From the NCBI RefSeq assembly GCF_020745735.1, contig NC_083435.1:26535231-26599230 (forward strand): a stretch of 64,000 nt of DNA, written 5' to 3'. Positions within the stretch are counted from its first letter, which is position 1; each line of letters opens with the position of its first letter. Below, one piece after another: positions 33,358 through 46,654 of the stretch. The notes under the pieces were generated by a model that made no database searches, was not told the DNA's origin, and saw only the letters and a program-made list of their open reading frames with translations. The DNA comes from Hemiscyllium ocellatum (taxonomy: Eukaryota). The position numbers and the translations under genes are program-made.

Positions 33358-36300
33358 TGAAGATTTGAGACCGGGCTGCTCCGGGGCCCCTTGGGAGAGG
33401 AATCCTGCGCGAATACGGGTTTTATTATATTTGATGTTTATACATTCCGAGCATGTAAGAGACTTAGGTATACACTCTGGTTAGTTATAGGTTAGATTAG
33501 TAGAAAGTTGAGTTTTTTTATCTTTCTTTTTTCGTTTCTTTTTTTTTCTCTCTTTGTTTTCTTTCTTTCTCTTTTCTTTGTTAAATTATGACTATTGTAT
33601 GCATGATTTAATTGTACATCAATGTTTGTATTTGAGAGTTTTGTTTATTTTTATAAATTTGCAAAAATGTTAAATTTCAATAAAAATATCTACAAAAAAA
33701 AAGCCATCTGGTTCACTAATGCCCTGCCAGGATAGAAATTATTACAGTCTGGTCTACATGTCACTGTGCAATGAGTTAACTCTTAACTGCCCTCTGGACA
33801 ACAAGCACTGGCATTGCCGGTGATGGCCAAATCTCAGGAAACAACTTTTAATGTTTGACAGTGTGGTTATTTTTCCTGAGCAGAAACTTCATCTCCACAG
33901 CACAACACCCATTGGTCATGCCCCATGCACAATACTGCCAGTCCGTTCAGCACATAAACATGATCTTCATCAGCCATTCATCAGTGGGATCACCCCAGAC
34001 CTCATTTTGAATTTTCCTACACCTTAAATACTGAGTGAAACCTTTTTCTATGTGCTTGTTAAACAGCAATATCACTGGATACTGATGGAAGACAACATTA
34101 CCTTACTATAATGTCATGAATACATGTCATGCATCCACCTCTTGCCTAGGCCATGCTGCAGTCTCACACTTTCTGACTTGAATTGTTTCCATGTTCGCAC
34201 TCCTATCAATTTATAACCTTCCTCGTGCAAAGCCTCAATAGAGCTGCGTACTCATGGCCTGCATTCCAGCTTCCTGTCTTGGGTTCAAGGCTGCACTATT
34301 TTCTGTCCCACTCTCTCCAACTCTAAGATTTTGCTCAGGTGTTTATTGAGTCATCGAGTCATACAGAACAGAAACGACCCAAACAATCTATGTTCCCAAA
34401 CTAAACTAATCCCACCTGGCTATGCCAGGTCCATATCACAACAAACATTTATTATTTGTGTACTCATCCAAATATAAATGGTGTAACTGTACCATGTCCA
34501 CCACTTCCTCTGGACATTCATTCCAAACACAAACCATTCTCAGTGTAAAAATGTTGCCTCTCATGTAGGTTTAAATTCTTTCTCCTCTCACCTTAAAAAT
34601 ATGGTCCATGGTCTTGAAATTCATCCCCCCTCTACACGCGGACACATACACACACTCACGCAGACCCTCTCTCATACACATGCTGTCCCTCATACACACA
34701 TAATCCCCCCATACTCACATCCACACATGTGCCCTCCCACAGGATTATACTCTGTCACACTCACACACACACTGCCAAGCACACGCACATGTAAACGCAA
34801 ACTCACGTGCACTCACTCACATACATGTGTATGCGCGTACACACACACACGACTATCAGGTGAATTGCATTTGCAGAATTGTTTTTGCAGACATATTGTT
34901 GAGTTTTGGAGCAAAATATAATCTGCAGGCAGTCGATCCATATCACCTTAAATTATCTTGAGAATGTGACTTCAAAGAAATTCTGGCATTTTCATATTAA
35001 TGAACCAAAACCTACAACCCATGCTGAAAGATGAAAGACTTAACAGCAATGTTGGTTTGTTCAATATATTGTTTCAGTTGTACGATGCTGTGATCTTTCG
35101 CTATAAATTCTGTATCTTGTCTCACAGCTAGCTGATGAAAGAGCAACGCTCCGAAAGATAGTGTTTCCAAATAAATGTGCTGGTCCATAACCTGGTGTTG
35201 TATGATTTTTAACTTTGTCCACCCCAGTCCAATGCCAACACTCCACATCATCTGCAATAAGAAAGAGTCTAACCATCAGCCTTTGACCATCAATAGCTTT
35301 ACCATCACTGAATCCCACTATCAACCTCTGAGGGGTTTCTATTAATCTGAACCTGAACTGGACTGAACATATAATACAGTGGCTACAAGAGCAAGTTAGA
35401 GGCAAAGAATACTGCAACATGCAACTCACCTCTGACTCACCAAAGCCAGTTCACCATCAAGAATGCACAATTCAGGAGTGTGATGTAATACTCCTGACTT
35501 ACCTATATGTGTGCAATTCCAGCAACACTGATCAAGTTTGACACCATCCAAGACAATGCATTGGCACCAAATTCATAACTAATTAGCTACTCCGCAAGTG
35601 ACACTCAGTAGCAGCAGTCCATACTGTTTACAAGATGCACTGTGAACCTTCAACACAACACTTAGACATTGCCCTCCACATCAATGTCCATGACCTCCCA
35701 GAAGGATAAGGGCAGCAGATACTGGGAAAACCACCATCTACATGATATCTTCCAAACTACTCACCATCCTAGCTTGGAAATATATCTGTATTCATCAGTG
35801 TCACTGGGTCACAACCCTGGAATTCTCCATGAGTGTGGCCAGAGCCCACATTGGTCAGAGCCCTTGAAGATTCTGGCCACAGAAACTGACAGACAAATGC
35901 CTTACTCACATCAATCCAATGAGATGTATGATGGTGGCCCTGAGGCCGTACTGGAAGATTACCAGAGGTTACGGTTCATGGACCAAACCTACAAAATTAA
36001 TGAGTGTGATCTCCCTCTCCATCAGCTAATAACATGTGACAATTCCACCAGCTCCGCACACCATTGTGCAGAAGTTGCTGTTTGAGAGAGTGGATGGAAT
36101 TGTGCAGAAAATCCCACACATTTCTGTTTCCAGGTGAAGACCAACCATCTAACGTTTATGGTAACACCAACTGTTACACTTACAGAATATTCAGCAAAAA
36201 TGCCAGCCTGGCAACCTATCTGCACAGGTCTCCCATCAGAATACCCTGGACAAAGAACACTCCTGCCTGACATTTCTATAGGGCTTTCCTTTCCAGCGGA

Positions 36301-38836
36301 AGCACTGCCAAAGCTGCAGATACTGTGTGCACAGTTCATGAGCCACCTGGTGGGCTTAGTGAACAAAGGCCACAGGTGGATACAGTAAGGGAGTGTGGAG
36401 CAGCAACCACTGTAACTTTGTAAACAGTAACAATAACTAACTCACCTCTGCCTCACTGACATTCCATGATTTCCACAGAAAGGTGTGGGATATCATTCAG
36501 GAATGTCCAGCAGGAATTCAGGCAGTACCATCATTGAGACTGACCGCTGCTTTCCATCTCTACGCGATGATGATGGGTTATCCTTTCAGTGTAAATGGGG
36601 TAATGTTTGAAGTAATGTTTGCAGCATTTGAAGCTGGATATGAAAGCTAAACATTGGCAAAGTACTTACATCTCAGAGTGAGAGTCGTTGCCATAAAATG
36701 TGAACACCCGAACAAGTGAGGGAAATCACAGAAACAGAGGAAGAAGGACATTCAACCTTTTAACTCTGCTCCACCATTCAAAATGATCACGGCTGATTGT
36801 CCAACTCAGGACCCTATTTCCATTTTTTCCCTATCCACTTGTATTCATTTCATCCTAAGAGCTGAACCTAACCTTTTCCTCCAAATGTTCAGTGTGACAG
36901 AGGCTCACCACTCTCTGGATGAAGACATCTCTCCTCGTCTCTGTTCAAAATGGCCTCCCTCACATCCTTAGACTGTGATCCATGGTCTGGACTCCTTGCT
37001 CATTGGGATGTACCCTGCATTTACCCTATCTTGTCCTGGGTTTCTATGAGATCTCACTCCTCAATCTTCTAACCCCTACTGCATAGCGTCCTAACCCATC
37101 CAGTCTCTCTCATACATCAGTCCTGATATCCCTGGAATTGATCTGGTAAAGGTTTGTTGCTCTCCCTCCATCGGCAGAATATCCTTCCTCTGATAACGGG
37201 ACCAAAACTGGATACAATATTCGCAGTGTGGTATCACCAAATGTCTGTACAATTGCAGCAAGACATCGTTGCTCCTGCACTCAAACATTCTCACTATGAA
37301 GCTCAACACGTTTGTTTTCTTTATCGCCTGCCACATTTGCATGTTTACCTTCAGTGATGGCTGTACAGCGTTTGTTGCACCTTCCTTTTTCCCAATTTAT
37401 TGACATTCAAATAAGGATCTGCCTTCCTGTTTTCACTATTAAAGTACATAAGCTGAATTTTAACCACATTATCTTGCAGCTGCCATGCATTTGCCCACTC
37501 ATTCGACTTGTCCAAAATACACTGATACATCTCTGCATCCTGCTCACAGCTCAGCCTCCCTCCCAGCTTTGTGTCATCTGCAAATTTGGAGGTATTACAT
37601 GAAGTTTGTTCATCTAAATCATCAATGTAGTGAATCGCTGAGCTCCAAGCACAGATCACTGTGAAACCCCACACATCATTGACTACCACAAGGAAAATGA
37701 ACATATATTCTTGCTTTCCAACTACCAATGGATTCTTGAAACAAACCCGCATCAAGACACACAGAAATTATTTAAAAATTAGTTTATAGCACTGACAATT
37801 TTACACTGTCAGAAGCAAGCCAGAGGGAAACACCGATAATCATTGGAAATGAGAATATAGTTCTCATTAAAGGTTTATGTTAAAGTATACGGGTCAGACC
37901 AATTAGCATCATTCACAACCTTTCCTCATTCTTCATTCTTGAAAAGTGACAAAGGACAATTTAGGAACCCAATTCAGCAACGTCTGAAGGAGGAAGACAG
38001 GAACTTAGCCATTGCTGTACAGTATGTGCTGCAGTGAAATATGTGAAACCACAGTAAAGGTGGACAAACGTATTCAAGCTGTAAGTTCACTCAGTGAAGC
38101 CAATTAAAGAGAATAGGAGTCTTTATTAAAATCAGCATGAATTATTCAGAATGCCATGAATAATCTTTGAAAAACTATGAAGAGGACAGGATTACTTTTA
38201 AAACCACAGACAGCTGGTTCCATTCAGTAGAGTCAGTATAGAGGACACAAATTGTTTATTAGGCCACACTCAGCCAGATTCCTCCATTTCTAACAATAAA
38301 CTTGGGAATGCTCCATTTTGGTGGCAAAAACCCAGAAAAATCCTTCAATAACCAATACAGAAGACACATTGCTGAATTGGAAGACACTCCTGACTTGCGC
38401 GGAAAATATTTCGCTCTTAAAGTTTTCATTTGAGGTAATGGATTATGCTTCACCCAATCCTGATGTAATGAGGTCTTAGTTGAGATGATCTTGTGTCAGC
38501 ACACTCGACAAAGCCGACTAAAACACAATTGAAACGGAGAAATGAGGGAGTAAACCCAGTTTCTGGTGACCAAGAGTTCACCGACCTCTCCAAACACCGC
38601 CAGCAGCAACAAGGTTCCATCATGAAACACCTTGTTTGATGGTGAACAGGCCTTGCGGAGCCAGAGTTGAACTACTTACTGCTGAATCCCCACTCTCTCA
38701 TCAACTGTTAAAATCACAGTGTTAATACTGCTGGTGGCATTCAGTTTCTGGTCAGTGGAATACAACTTAATATTGATGGTGGGAGATTCAATGATGGTAA
38801 AGCCTTTGAATGTCAAAGTATTGAGGTGAATGAAAG

Positions 38837-39152
38837 ATTAGATTAGATTACTTACAGTGTGGAAACAGGCCCTTCGGCCCAACAAGTCCACATCGACCCG
38901 CCGAAGCGCAACCCACCCATACCCCTACATTTACCCCTTACTTAACACTACGGGCAATTTAGCATGGCCATTCACCTGACCCGCACATCTTTGTGACTGT
39001 GGGAGGAAACCAGAGCACCTGGAGGAAACCCACGCAGACACGGGGAGAACGTGCAAACTCCACTCAGTCAGTCACCTGAGTCGGGAATTGAACCCGGATC
39101 TCAGGCGCTGTGAGGCAGCAGTGCTAACCACTGTGCCACCGTGCCGCCCACT
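38837..39152 (-). mobile_element. tRNA-derived SINE of the elasmobranch HE1/V-SINE type, present only in unit C
   Basis: The minus strand begins gggcggcacggtggcacagtggttagcactgctgcctcacagcgcc with A-box TGGCACAGTGG and B-box GGTTCAATTCC, includes the V-domain-like gtttgcacgttctccccgtgtctgcgtgggtttcc, and ends in a (TAATC)n tail. The site gaatgaaagatgttgagattc is uninterrupted in the other units. Confidence 0.88.
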
Positions 39153-40210
39153 ATGTTGAGATTCGGTCTTGTTGAAGATGGTCATTGCCTGGTACTTGTT
39201 TGGCATCAATGTGATTTCCCACCTGCTAGCCCAACTTTGTATCATGTGTCATACTATGTAAATACATGGACTGATTCAGTGTCTGACGTCTCACACTGAA
39301 AAATATCCAACCATCAGTGAACATCTTGACTTCTGACCTAAGGATGTAGTGAAGGTTATGGATGAAGGAGTTGAAAATCTTTGGACCTAACACCGTTTCG
39401 TGAGGAACACATGCAGTGCTGTCCTGTGTCTGAGATTGCTGTACCTGAACAGTTTCACTGGGGGCCCATAACGCCAAGAAATTTGTTAGGGCCCACAGTC
39501 TTTGCTATATCCCTAGGCGTTAACTGTACACCAGGTCTAGCAGGATTTGGAGGCAAATTCAGGAAGCCCATTTCCACACGGAATACTTTGTTTTATTCAT
39601 CGAATGTGGACATCATTGACTAGGCAGCAATTTATTGCCCAGTCCTATTTCTCCAAAAGATAATTGCTGTGGGATCTGGAGTCACTTGTAGGCCCAGACC
39701 AGATAAAGACAGGAGATTTCCTTGCACAAAAGGACATGAATGAACTTGATGGTTTTACAGCTATCCTCATTGGGTACATGTCCACCACGACACTAGGTTT
39801 CAGTTCCAGATTGTTTCTTTATTGAATTCAAACCTCACTGTCTGCCATGAGGGGATGTGAACCCATGTCCCCAGACTATTAGCTGAGGGGATTCCCAGCC
39901 CAGTGACATCACCACAATCTCACCATCTTCCCTCACATCAAGAATCCATCTAAACATATCTTCTCTAAAGGTCTGTGAATGTTGGGATAATTTCAAAAGT
40001 ATCATCAGAGATGATTGCATTTTTGGAGACTGAGGTTTGTCTGATAGTTTGGCGATTGAAGGAGATGAAACTGGAGTTAAAAATCAGCAATGATCTCATT
40101 GGGTGGTGTAGCAGCATCGAGGGGCTGAATGGTCCATGTCCCAAAAATGAATTGCAGCTCAGCTCATTCTCCCAGCAATTGGAGAAGACAGTGGAAGTGT
40201 TTCGGTGATT

Positions 40211-40326
40211 GGGAAGTCCCGATCCTGGGCGGAGTTATGCAACCTGTTTGTTGTCTATTCTGCCGGAGTCTGGTGACTCACTGAGTCTTTTTATTGTGAT
40301 TGGATCGATGATAGTTTGGGACCAAT
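40211..40326 (+). promoter_or_regulatory. Proximal promoter of gene C: NF-kB, S-X-Y, CCAAT
   Basis: GGGAAGTCCC 40211-40220; CAACCT 40240-40245; TGACTCA 40274-40280; ATTGG 40299-40303; CCAAT 40322-40326. Confidence 0.75.
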
Positions 40327-40511
40327 CAGTGTGAAGGTGTCTCGGTGAAGAGGGGCAGTAACAGGAACTGAAGCAAAGTGCTGAAAAATATGTTGGGAGA
40401 GATAGTGAAGACACTTCAGAACAGTTTAATATCACTCTCGATGACAGCTCACAGACTGAGACAGTCCGCTGGAAAATAATTTATCCTCCCAGACTGTCAA
40501 CTGAAGTCACG

Positions 40512-43500
40512 ATGATTGGACTGATCGTGCTGGGGCTTCTATGGGGAGAGCTCTCTGCAGGTTAGTAATAGGGGTGTGAGAGGGCGGGGCAGAGCCAGGC
40601 TGGGAACTGGGACAATAACCTTTGATCATGTTACCGTCAGAATGGTTTATAGGGTTATATTTATGTTTCATGTTTCATGTTTAAATGTCAGTGAATCCAC
40701 TGTTTTAAATGATTTAGGTTCGTACGAGATTTAACCATAGGCCAAAAGATCTGTATTTGCGAAATTCAAAAGATCTGTTGAACATTACAGGGTGAAAAGT
40801 AAAAATGTAAAATTGGTAGACTTTTTTTCAAGAGTAAAAGGAAAAGAGAAAAAAGTTAACATCACGTGATGAAGCTGAAGTGAATTGTATAATTCTCTCC
40901 AGTGCTGGAGAAAAGGTGAACAAAATGATTCATGATTCAGGAATTCATGCCCTGATTTTTGTGTTTCAGAAACTCACTCTCTTCGGTATTTTATCACTGG
41001 TATGACTCCGATTCCCAAATTCCCAGAGTTTGTGATTGTTGGTTATGTGGACGGAGTCCAGTTTGTTATGTATGACAGCAATAGCAAGGATTTAATCCCC
41101 CGGGAACAGTGGATGGTGGACAGCGAGGGACCTGAGGCCTGGAAGCGGAAACGGTTTCTTGCTCAGGAGCAAGAAGACTGTGCCAAACGCGATATTCTGA
41201 CATTTATGTCACGGACCAACCAGACAGGGGGTGAGTGCTCACTGTCCCACAGCATAACATCTTCCTGTGCATTTGGGGAGTCTGGGTGGGAATGGGAGAA
41301 ATTAGGAGTGAATCTGAGTTCCAGAGATTGACCGACTGACTGTGGGAATGGTTGGAGGGGACACCAACTGTCTCTGTCTCTGATCAGCAACTTGTGTTTC
41401 TGATTGACAGGGATTCACATTTACCAGATGATGACTGGCTGTGACCTGAGGGATGATGGGACTGTAATTGGGTTCAACCTCCGTGGATGGAACGGGCAAG
41501 ATTTGATCAGCTTCGATAAGGACCACAAGGTGTGGGTAACCCCAGTCCCCTGGGTGGAAAGCATCAAAAACAGTTGGGACCAGGATGTGGTGAGTAAGCA
41601 GAGGTGGAGGCATTACCTGGAGGTGGAGTGCATCGAGTGGCTGAGGAAATACCTGGAGTACGGTCAGAGGGAGCTGAGAGTCGGTGAGTGGACAGGGAGT
41701 GAGAGTTGTTAAATTTCATGGTGCCTGTGTGTTTCTTTCTCTATGTTCCTGCACTGACTCCTCTTCCTCTCTCCTCCAGTTCCCCCTGATGTGTCCTTTG
41801 CCCGTCTGGGTGATTCTAACTGGCTGTCCTGTCTCGTCACTGGGTTTTACCCACAAGCCATTGAGGTGACTCTGTGGAGGGACGGAGTGTTGATCGATGA
41901 GACCCTCTCCACTGGGATCTTGCCCAATCACAACAGGACCTACCAGATCCGGAAATGGATAGAGTTTGATCTGGAGGATCAGGCTGAATATTCCTGTCAG
42001 GTGGAGCACAGCGGACTGGAGGAGAAGCTGGTGGTGATTTATGGTAAGACTGATTCTCACTGTGAGAGAGGAACCGGACTCAGACCAGGATCACAAGAGA
42101 GAGGACCAGCTGAGCTGCTTCAGCAGGACGCTCCAGGGTAGAGAGAGGGACGTTCATATGAACTGTCAGTGTGTCACAGTGCTCACATCAGTTGTAGAGG
42201 ACAGTAATTAAGGCAGTGAATCAGGGACACTACAGCAGGATGTCACCCAGTGTATTCTGGTGTGTAATGCTGCCCAGCATCTTAATATCCAGGATCGTTA
42301 AGGATTAAAGTATTAGTATATCATCTGATATGTGTGTGACAGAACCAGCTATGTCCTTTCAGTTGACCATATTTCCTGAGCACTCTTCAAGTCCATGGAC
42401 ACTTTAATCTCAAAGGACAAGGGCAGTAGATACTTGGGAACACCAGCTCCAGCAAGTTCCCCTCCAAGTTACTCAGCATCCTGACTTGGAAATACATTGT
42501 GGGTCCACCTACGGCACATAAGCTGTATTGGCCTAAGAAGGCAGCTCACCACCGCCTTCTGTAGAGCAACTAGGGAATGACTGTAAAGACTGGCCCAGGC
42601 ATTGACACCCATATCTCTGTGAATTAAAAAAGAGAAACAGATCCTGAGATGTTTTATTATGAGACAGTCCAGTGAATCCAGGGATAATAATGTCCAATAG
42701 GATCCATGTATCCTGATATTTCAGCATGGCAGCATCCAGTGTATCCTGGAATTGTAGCCCAGTCTATTTAACATTGTTTCTTGATGATCTTTGTCCAACT
42801 CAGTGTAACAATGAATAGTCAGCATGATTAGTCATTGGATTCTGGTGATCAAAACAATTGTCTCCAAAGAAAAACATCCTAGCTTGTCCAACTACTCCTC
42901 ATAATTCAGTCCCTTGTATCATGGAAACGTCCTTCTGCACTGTTTCCAGTTTAATAACATCCTTTCTATTAGCAAGGTGACCAAAACACAATACTCCAAG
43001 TGCAGCCTCACCAACGTCCTGTGCAACTGCAACATAATTTCCCAACTATACTCAATGCCCTAACTGATAAGACTGGTGTGCTAAAAGCTGCCTTCACTGT
43101 TCTGGCTACCTGTGACTCCATTTTCAGAGAACTGTGCACCAGAACTCCAAGGTCTCTCTGTTCCACAATAGTCCTTAAGGCCCTACCATTCACCTTGAAA
43201 CCCCTACCTTGATTTGACTTTCCAAATCGCAAGACCTCACACCTATCTGCATTAAACTCCACTTGCCACTTCCCCAGCTGATCAAGGTCCTGCTGCAATT
43301 TTTGATAACCTTCCTCACTGTCCACGATACCACCTGTTTCAGTGTCATCTGCAAACTTACTAATGTTACCTTGTATGTTCTCATCCAAATCGTTGATATT
43401 GATAACAAACAGCAATGGGCCCAGCACTGACCCCTGAGGCACACCATTAGTCTCAGGCCTCCAGTCCGACAAACATCCTTCCGTTATTACCCTCTACTTC

Positions 43501-46500
43501 CTAGCATCAAGCCATTTGTATCTCCAATTTGCCAGTTTCCCCTGAATTCCATGCGATCTAACCTTCCAGGGCAGCATACCATGTGGAACCTTTTTAAAGG
43601 TCTTGCTGAAATCCATTTAGATTATGTTCCTGGTCACTTCAACAAAGAATTATAAGAAATTTGTGAGGTATGATCTCCTACGCACAAAGCTGAAAATGTG
43701 TTGCTGGAAAAGCGCAGCAGGTCAGGCAGCATCCAAGGAGCAGGAGAATCGACATTTTGGGCATGAGCCCTTCTTCAGGAATGCACAAAGCCTCCTACGC
43801 ACAAAGCCATGCAAAGTATTTCTAATCAAACCCTGTCTTTCCAAATGCATGTGTATTTTATCTCTCTGAAGCTTCTCAAGTAACTTACTGGTCCATAGTT
43901 CCCAGGATTTTCTTTGCAGCCTGACACAATATTTGCTACCCTCCACCTACCAGGACCTCACCCGTGGCTAACTGTTAGAAAGGAAATTTCTTTACAAAAA
44001 ACCCAAAGATAGGCTTTAATCTTGAGAGGGAGATTTAGCCTATCCTACCTCACCTTCAATTCTATCTTGAACTTTGGTTAGACCACATTTCGAGAACTGC
44101 AGCAGTTCTGGTTGCCATGTGATGTAAAGGATATTGAGGCACTGGAGAGGGTGCTGATTAGATATACAATGTCAATATCAGAAACGTGAGTGTATGTATC
44201 AGGAAAGGATTGAGAGGCTTGATGTCTTCTCTCTTGAAAAATGGAGCCCAAACAGAGATCTTTACAAGGATGAATCATTTTGAAAGAGTGGGTGCAGAGA
44301 CAGTGTTTGGGGAAGAGCACAACTAAGGACCATCAACACAAGACAGTCACCAAATATTCCACAAGGAATTCCAGAGAAATATCTGCAATCGGAGCATGAG
44401 GAGAATATGAAGCTCACTGCTGCAGGGAGTGAGTTTGTCAGGATGTATTTAAGGGGAGTTTAGAAAGTAATAGGGAGTGATGGTAACACATGTAGATGAG
44501 GAAGGATGAGATGAGCAGCTTCACGTGACTAAATACAAGTGTATACTGATTGGATCAAATTGACTCACTGTGTGCCATGTATCCTGTATAAGGCCGATTT
44601 TTGTTTTTTAAAAAACATTTTTTGTCTCTTTTTCTCTCTTCCTGCTTCACTTGGTTCTCTATCTATCTCTCACCTCTCTTTCTCTCTATCTCTGTCTGTT
44701 TGTCTCTCTCCCCCATTTTATTTCTCTCTCTGTCTCTCTCTCTCTCTGTCTGTCTGTGTCTCTCCCCATTTTATTTCTATCTCTGTCTGTCTGTCGCTTT
44801 CTGCCTGTCTGTCTCTCTATCTCTCTCTGGCAGTCCCAAAGTCTCACTCCCAGGTTCTTGTTACTGTCGGGATTGTGTTCGGACTCCTTGGGATCATCTC
44901 TCTCGCTGTTGTGGCTGTTGTCATTCACAAGAAGAAAGGTAAGAGGAGCCACCATTTTATTACATTCAGGGAATTAGAGAGTCTGGAAGCATATGGCCAG
45001 ACGGTAGTGAAGGAAAAAGGAATATTGTGAGCTGTTTTGGGCCCCATATCTAAGGAAGGATGTGCTGGTGTTGGAGGGAGCCCAGAGGAGATTTACAAGA
45101 ATTATCCCAGAGTTGAAGAGCTTGTCATATGAGCAGCTGTTGAGGACTGTGTGTGTACTGGACGGAGTTTAAAATATCGAGGGCAAATCTCATTGAAAAT
45201 TACACATTACTGAGAGGCCTGGCCAGAGTGGATGTGGAGAAGATGTAGGAGACACAAGGACCCAAGGGAACAGCCTCAAGTGTGACAGCATGACCTTTTA
45301 GATCTGAGGAGGAATTTCCTCAGCCAGATGGTGGTGACTCTGTGGAACCCTCTGTTTCCATACTGTACATCTCGATGACTCTATAAGGCCGTGGAGGCCA
45401 AGACATTGAGTGTCTTTAAGACAGAGATAGATAGACAGATTTTTGATTGGTAAAGGGCTCAAGGGTTATGGTGAGAAGGCAGAAGAACGAGGTTGAGAAA
45501 TATATCAACCATGATCGAACGGTGGAGCACACCCGATGAGATGAATGGCCTAATTCTGCTCCTATATCTTGTAGTCTCCAGTTCATTGTTTGGGTTCAGA
45601 AAGTTTGTGAGGAAGCTCTGTGTTTGGGAGTCAGTCTCCGGGTTAGTGATGGCTCAGGCAGTGGGGAGAGGCCCTCCATTTGTGAAGGAGGGTCAGAGAT
45701 ATGGTGCCCTGTTGCTCATGTTAGGCTGGAGTGTCTGAGGGGTGAATGTCTCACATTGTGACTGTCAGGTCAGACAGTTCAGACTGGGGCTGGCTCTGAG
45801 TTCACTGTTGGGCATCAGCAGCTCAGGGCAATGTGGGTCGGAGAGGCTGAGTCTGGATGGGAGTGAGGGTCTTCAGCATTTCCTCTGATTTCCTGACAGT
45901 ATCTCGAACTGACTGAACATTCCTTGTTTTACAGGGGGAATGAAGAGCGGCTACAATCCCACAAACGGTAAGCTGATAACTCAAACATCTCAGCGTCTGT
46001 GTTAGTGTATGACAAGCTGTTGTTTCTGTTTCAAACAAAAACACAAACACCGTGATCTGAAACAGAGGAAAAAGCAGAAATTGCTGGAGAAGTTCAATAG
46101 GTTTGGCAGCAGCTGTGGAGAGAAATACACAGTTAACATTTTGAGTCCAGTGACGTTTTGTACTCGGAGGTGTGTGTGTGTTTTGGTGGGGGGGAGGTGT
46201 GGTGAGGGGGTCAGGGTGTCTCAATCTAAAGCATTAATTCTGCTTTCTCTCTCCACAGATGCTGCGGGCCATGCTGAGATTCTCCAGCAATTTCTATTTT
46301 GTTCTCTGTCTGGTCTAGAGTATCTGTCTTTCATCCTCCTGTTGCTCTCGTGTGCTCTCTCTCATACACTCTTTCTTTCTTTTACATCTCTGGGTCATTT
46401 TCACTCTCACTCCTGTTCTCACTCTCACTCCTTTCTCTTGCTCATGCTTTCTCTCTTGTGAATTTCTCTCTAACACTGTTTCTCTCACACTCATGTTTCT

Positions 46501-46654
46501 CACTGTCTTGCACGCTGTCTCACAGTCGCATTTCTCACTCTCTTGTTTCTTGCTCTCTCTCTTTCACTGTGATAATGAGCAGTTTCTAATGCCTCTCTTT
46601 CCATTTACAGCTTCTGATGAAAGGACATCCTCAGACAGTTCTGCCATTTCCTGA
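40512..46654 (+). CDS. MHC class I heavy-chain-like gene, copy C (complete, membrane-bound, non-classical), 342 aa
   Basis: Exons 40512-40560, 40970-41230, 41411-41683, 41780-42043, 44834-44938 (TM), 45935-45967 (GGMKSGYNPTN), 46611-46654 (ASDERTSSDSSAIS*). All junctions are GT-AG, the frame is open, and the alpha2 and alpha3 cysteine pairs are intact. Confidence 0.92.
43691..43782 (-). mobile_element. 92-bp Penelope-like (pLTR-type) insert with a degenerate hammerhead-like motif, unit C only
   Basis: Absent at the matching site in A and B (tatgatctcctacgcacaaagccatgca in B). The minus strand reads CTGAAGA-A-GGGC-TCAT-GCCC-AAAA-TGTC. Flanked by target duplications. The family assignment is from recall of common shark repeats. 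Confidence 0.55.
44834..44938 (+). CDS. Connecting peptide/transmembrane exon (exon 5) of class I gene C
   Basis: VPKSHSQVLVTVGIVFGLLGIISLAVVAVVIHKKK; ggcag acceptor and gtaaga donor. Confidence 0.9.

Larger units (their letters stand above)
27900..33698 (+). mobile_element. Full-length L1-clade non-LTR retrotransposon (about 5.8 kb), ORF2 disabled
   Basis: 15-bp TSD aaaagccatctggtt at 27885-27899 and 33699-33713, at a TT|AAAA endonuclease-type site. G-rich 5' end with CAAGATGGCGG; ORF1, a spacer of about 620 bp and ORF2; AATAAA at 33679-33684 and a short A tail. The uninterrupted site is present in units A, B, A' and B'. Confidence 0.95.

Noticed and set aside
42820-42840. Deletion of about 0.7 kb in intron 4 of C, and of about 0.4 kb upstream of A near 6535
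   Set aside because: Both remove only decayed repeat or intronic DNA, with no evident functional element.
44539-45030. 163-aa hydrophobic ORF as a separate membrane protein gene
   Set aside because: It is CT-microsatellite sequence read in frame into the class I TM exon.
7496-46654. Assignment as classical MHC class Ia (UAA) or to a named non-classical lineage
   Set aside because: Several peptide-anchor residues are substituted and the genes are tandemly multicopy, which argues against classical status. Naming a lineage needs a phylogeny I cannot run, so the gene symbol is left empty.
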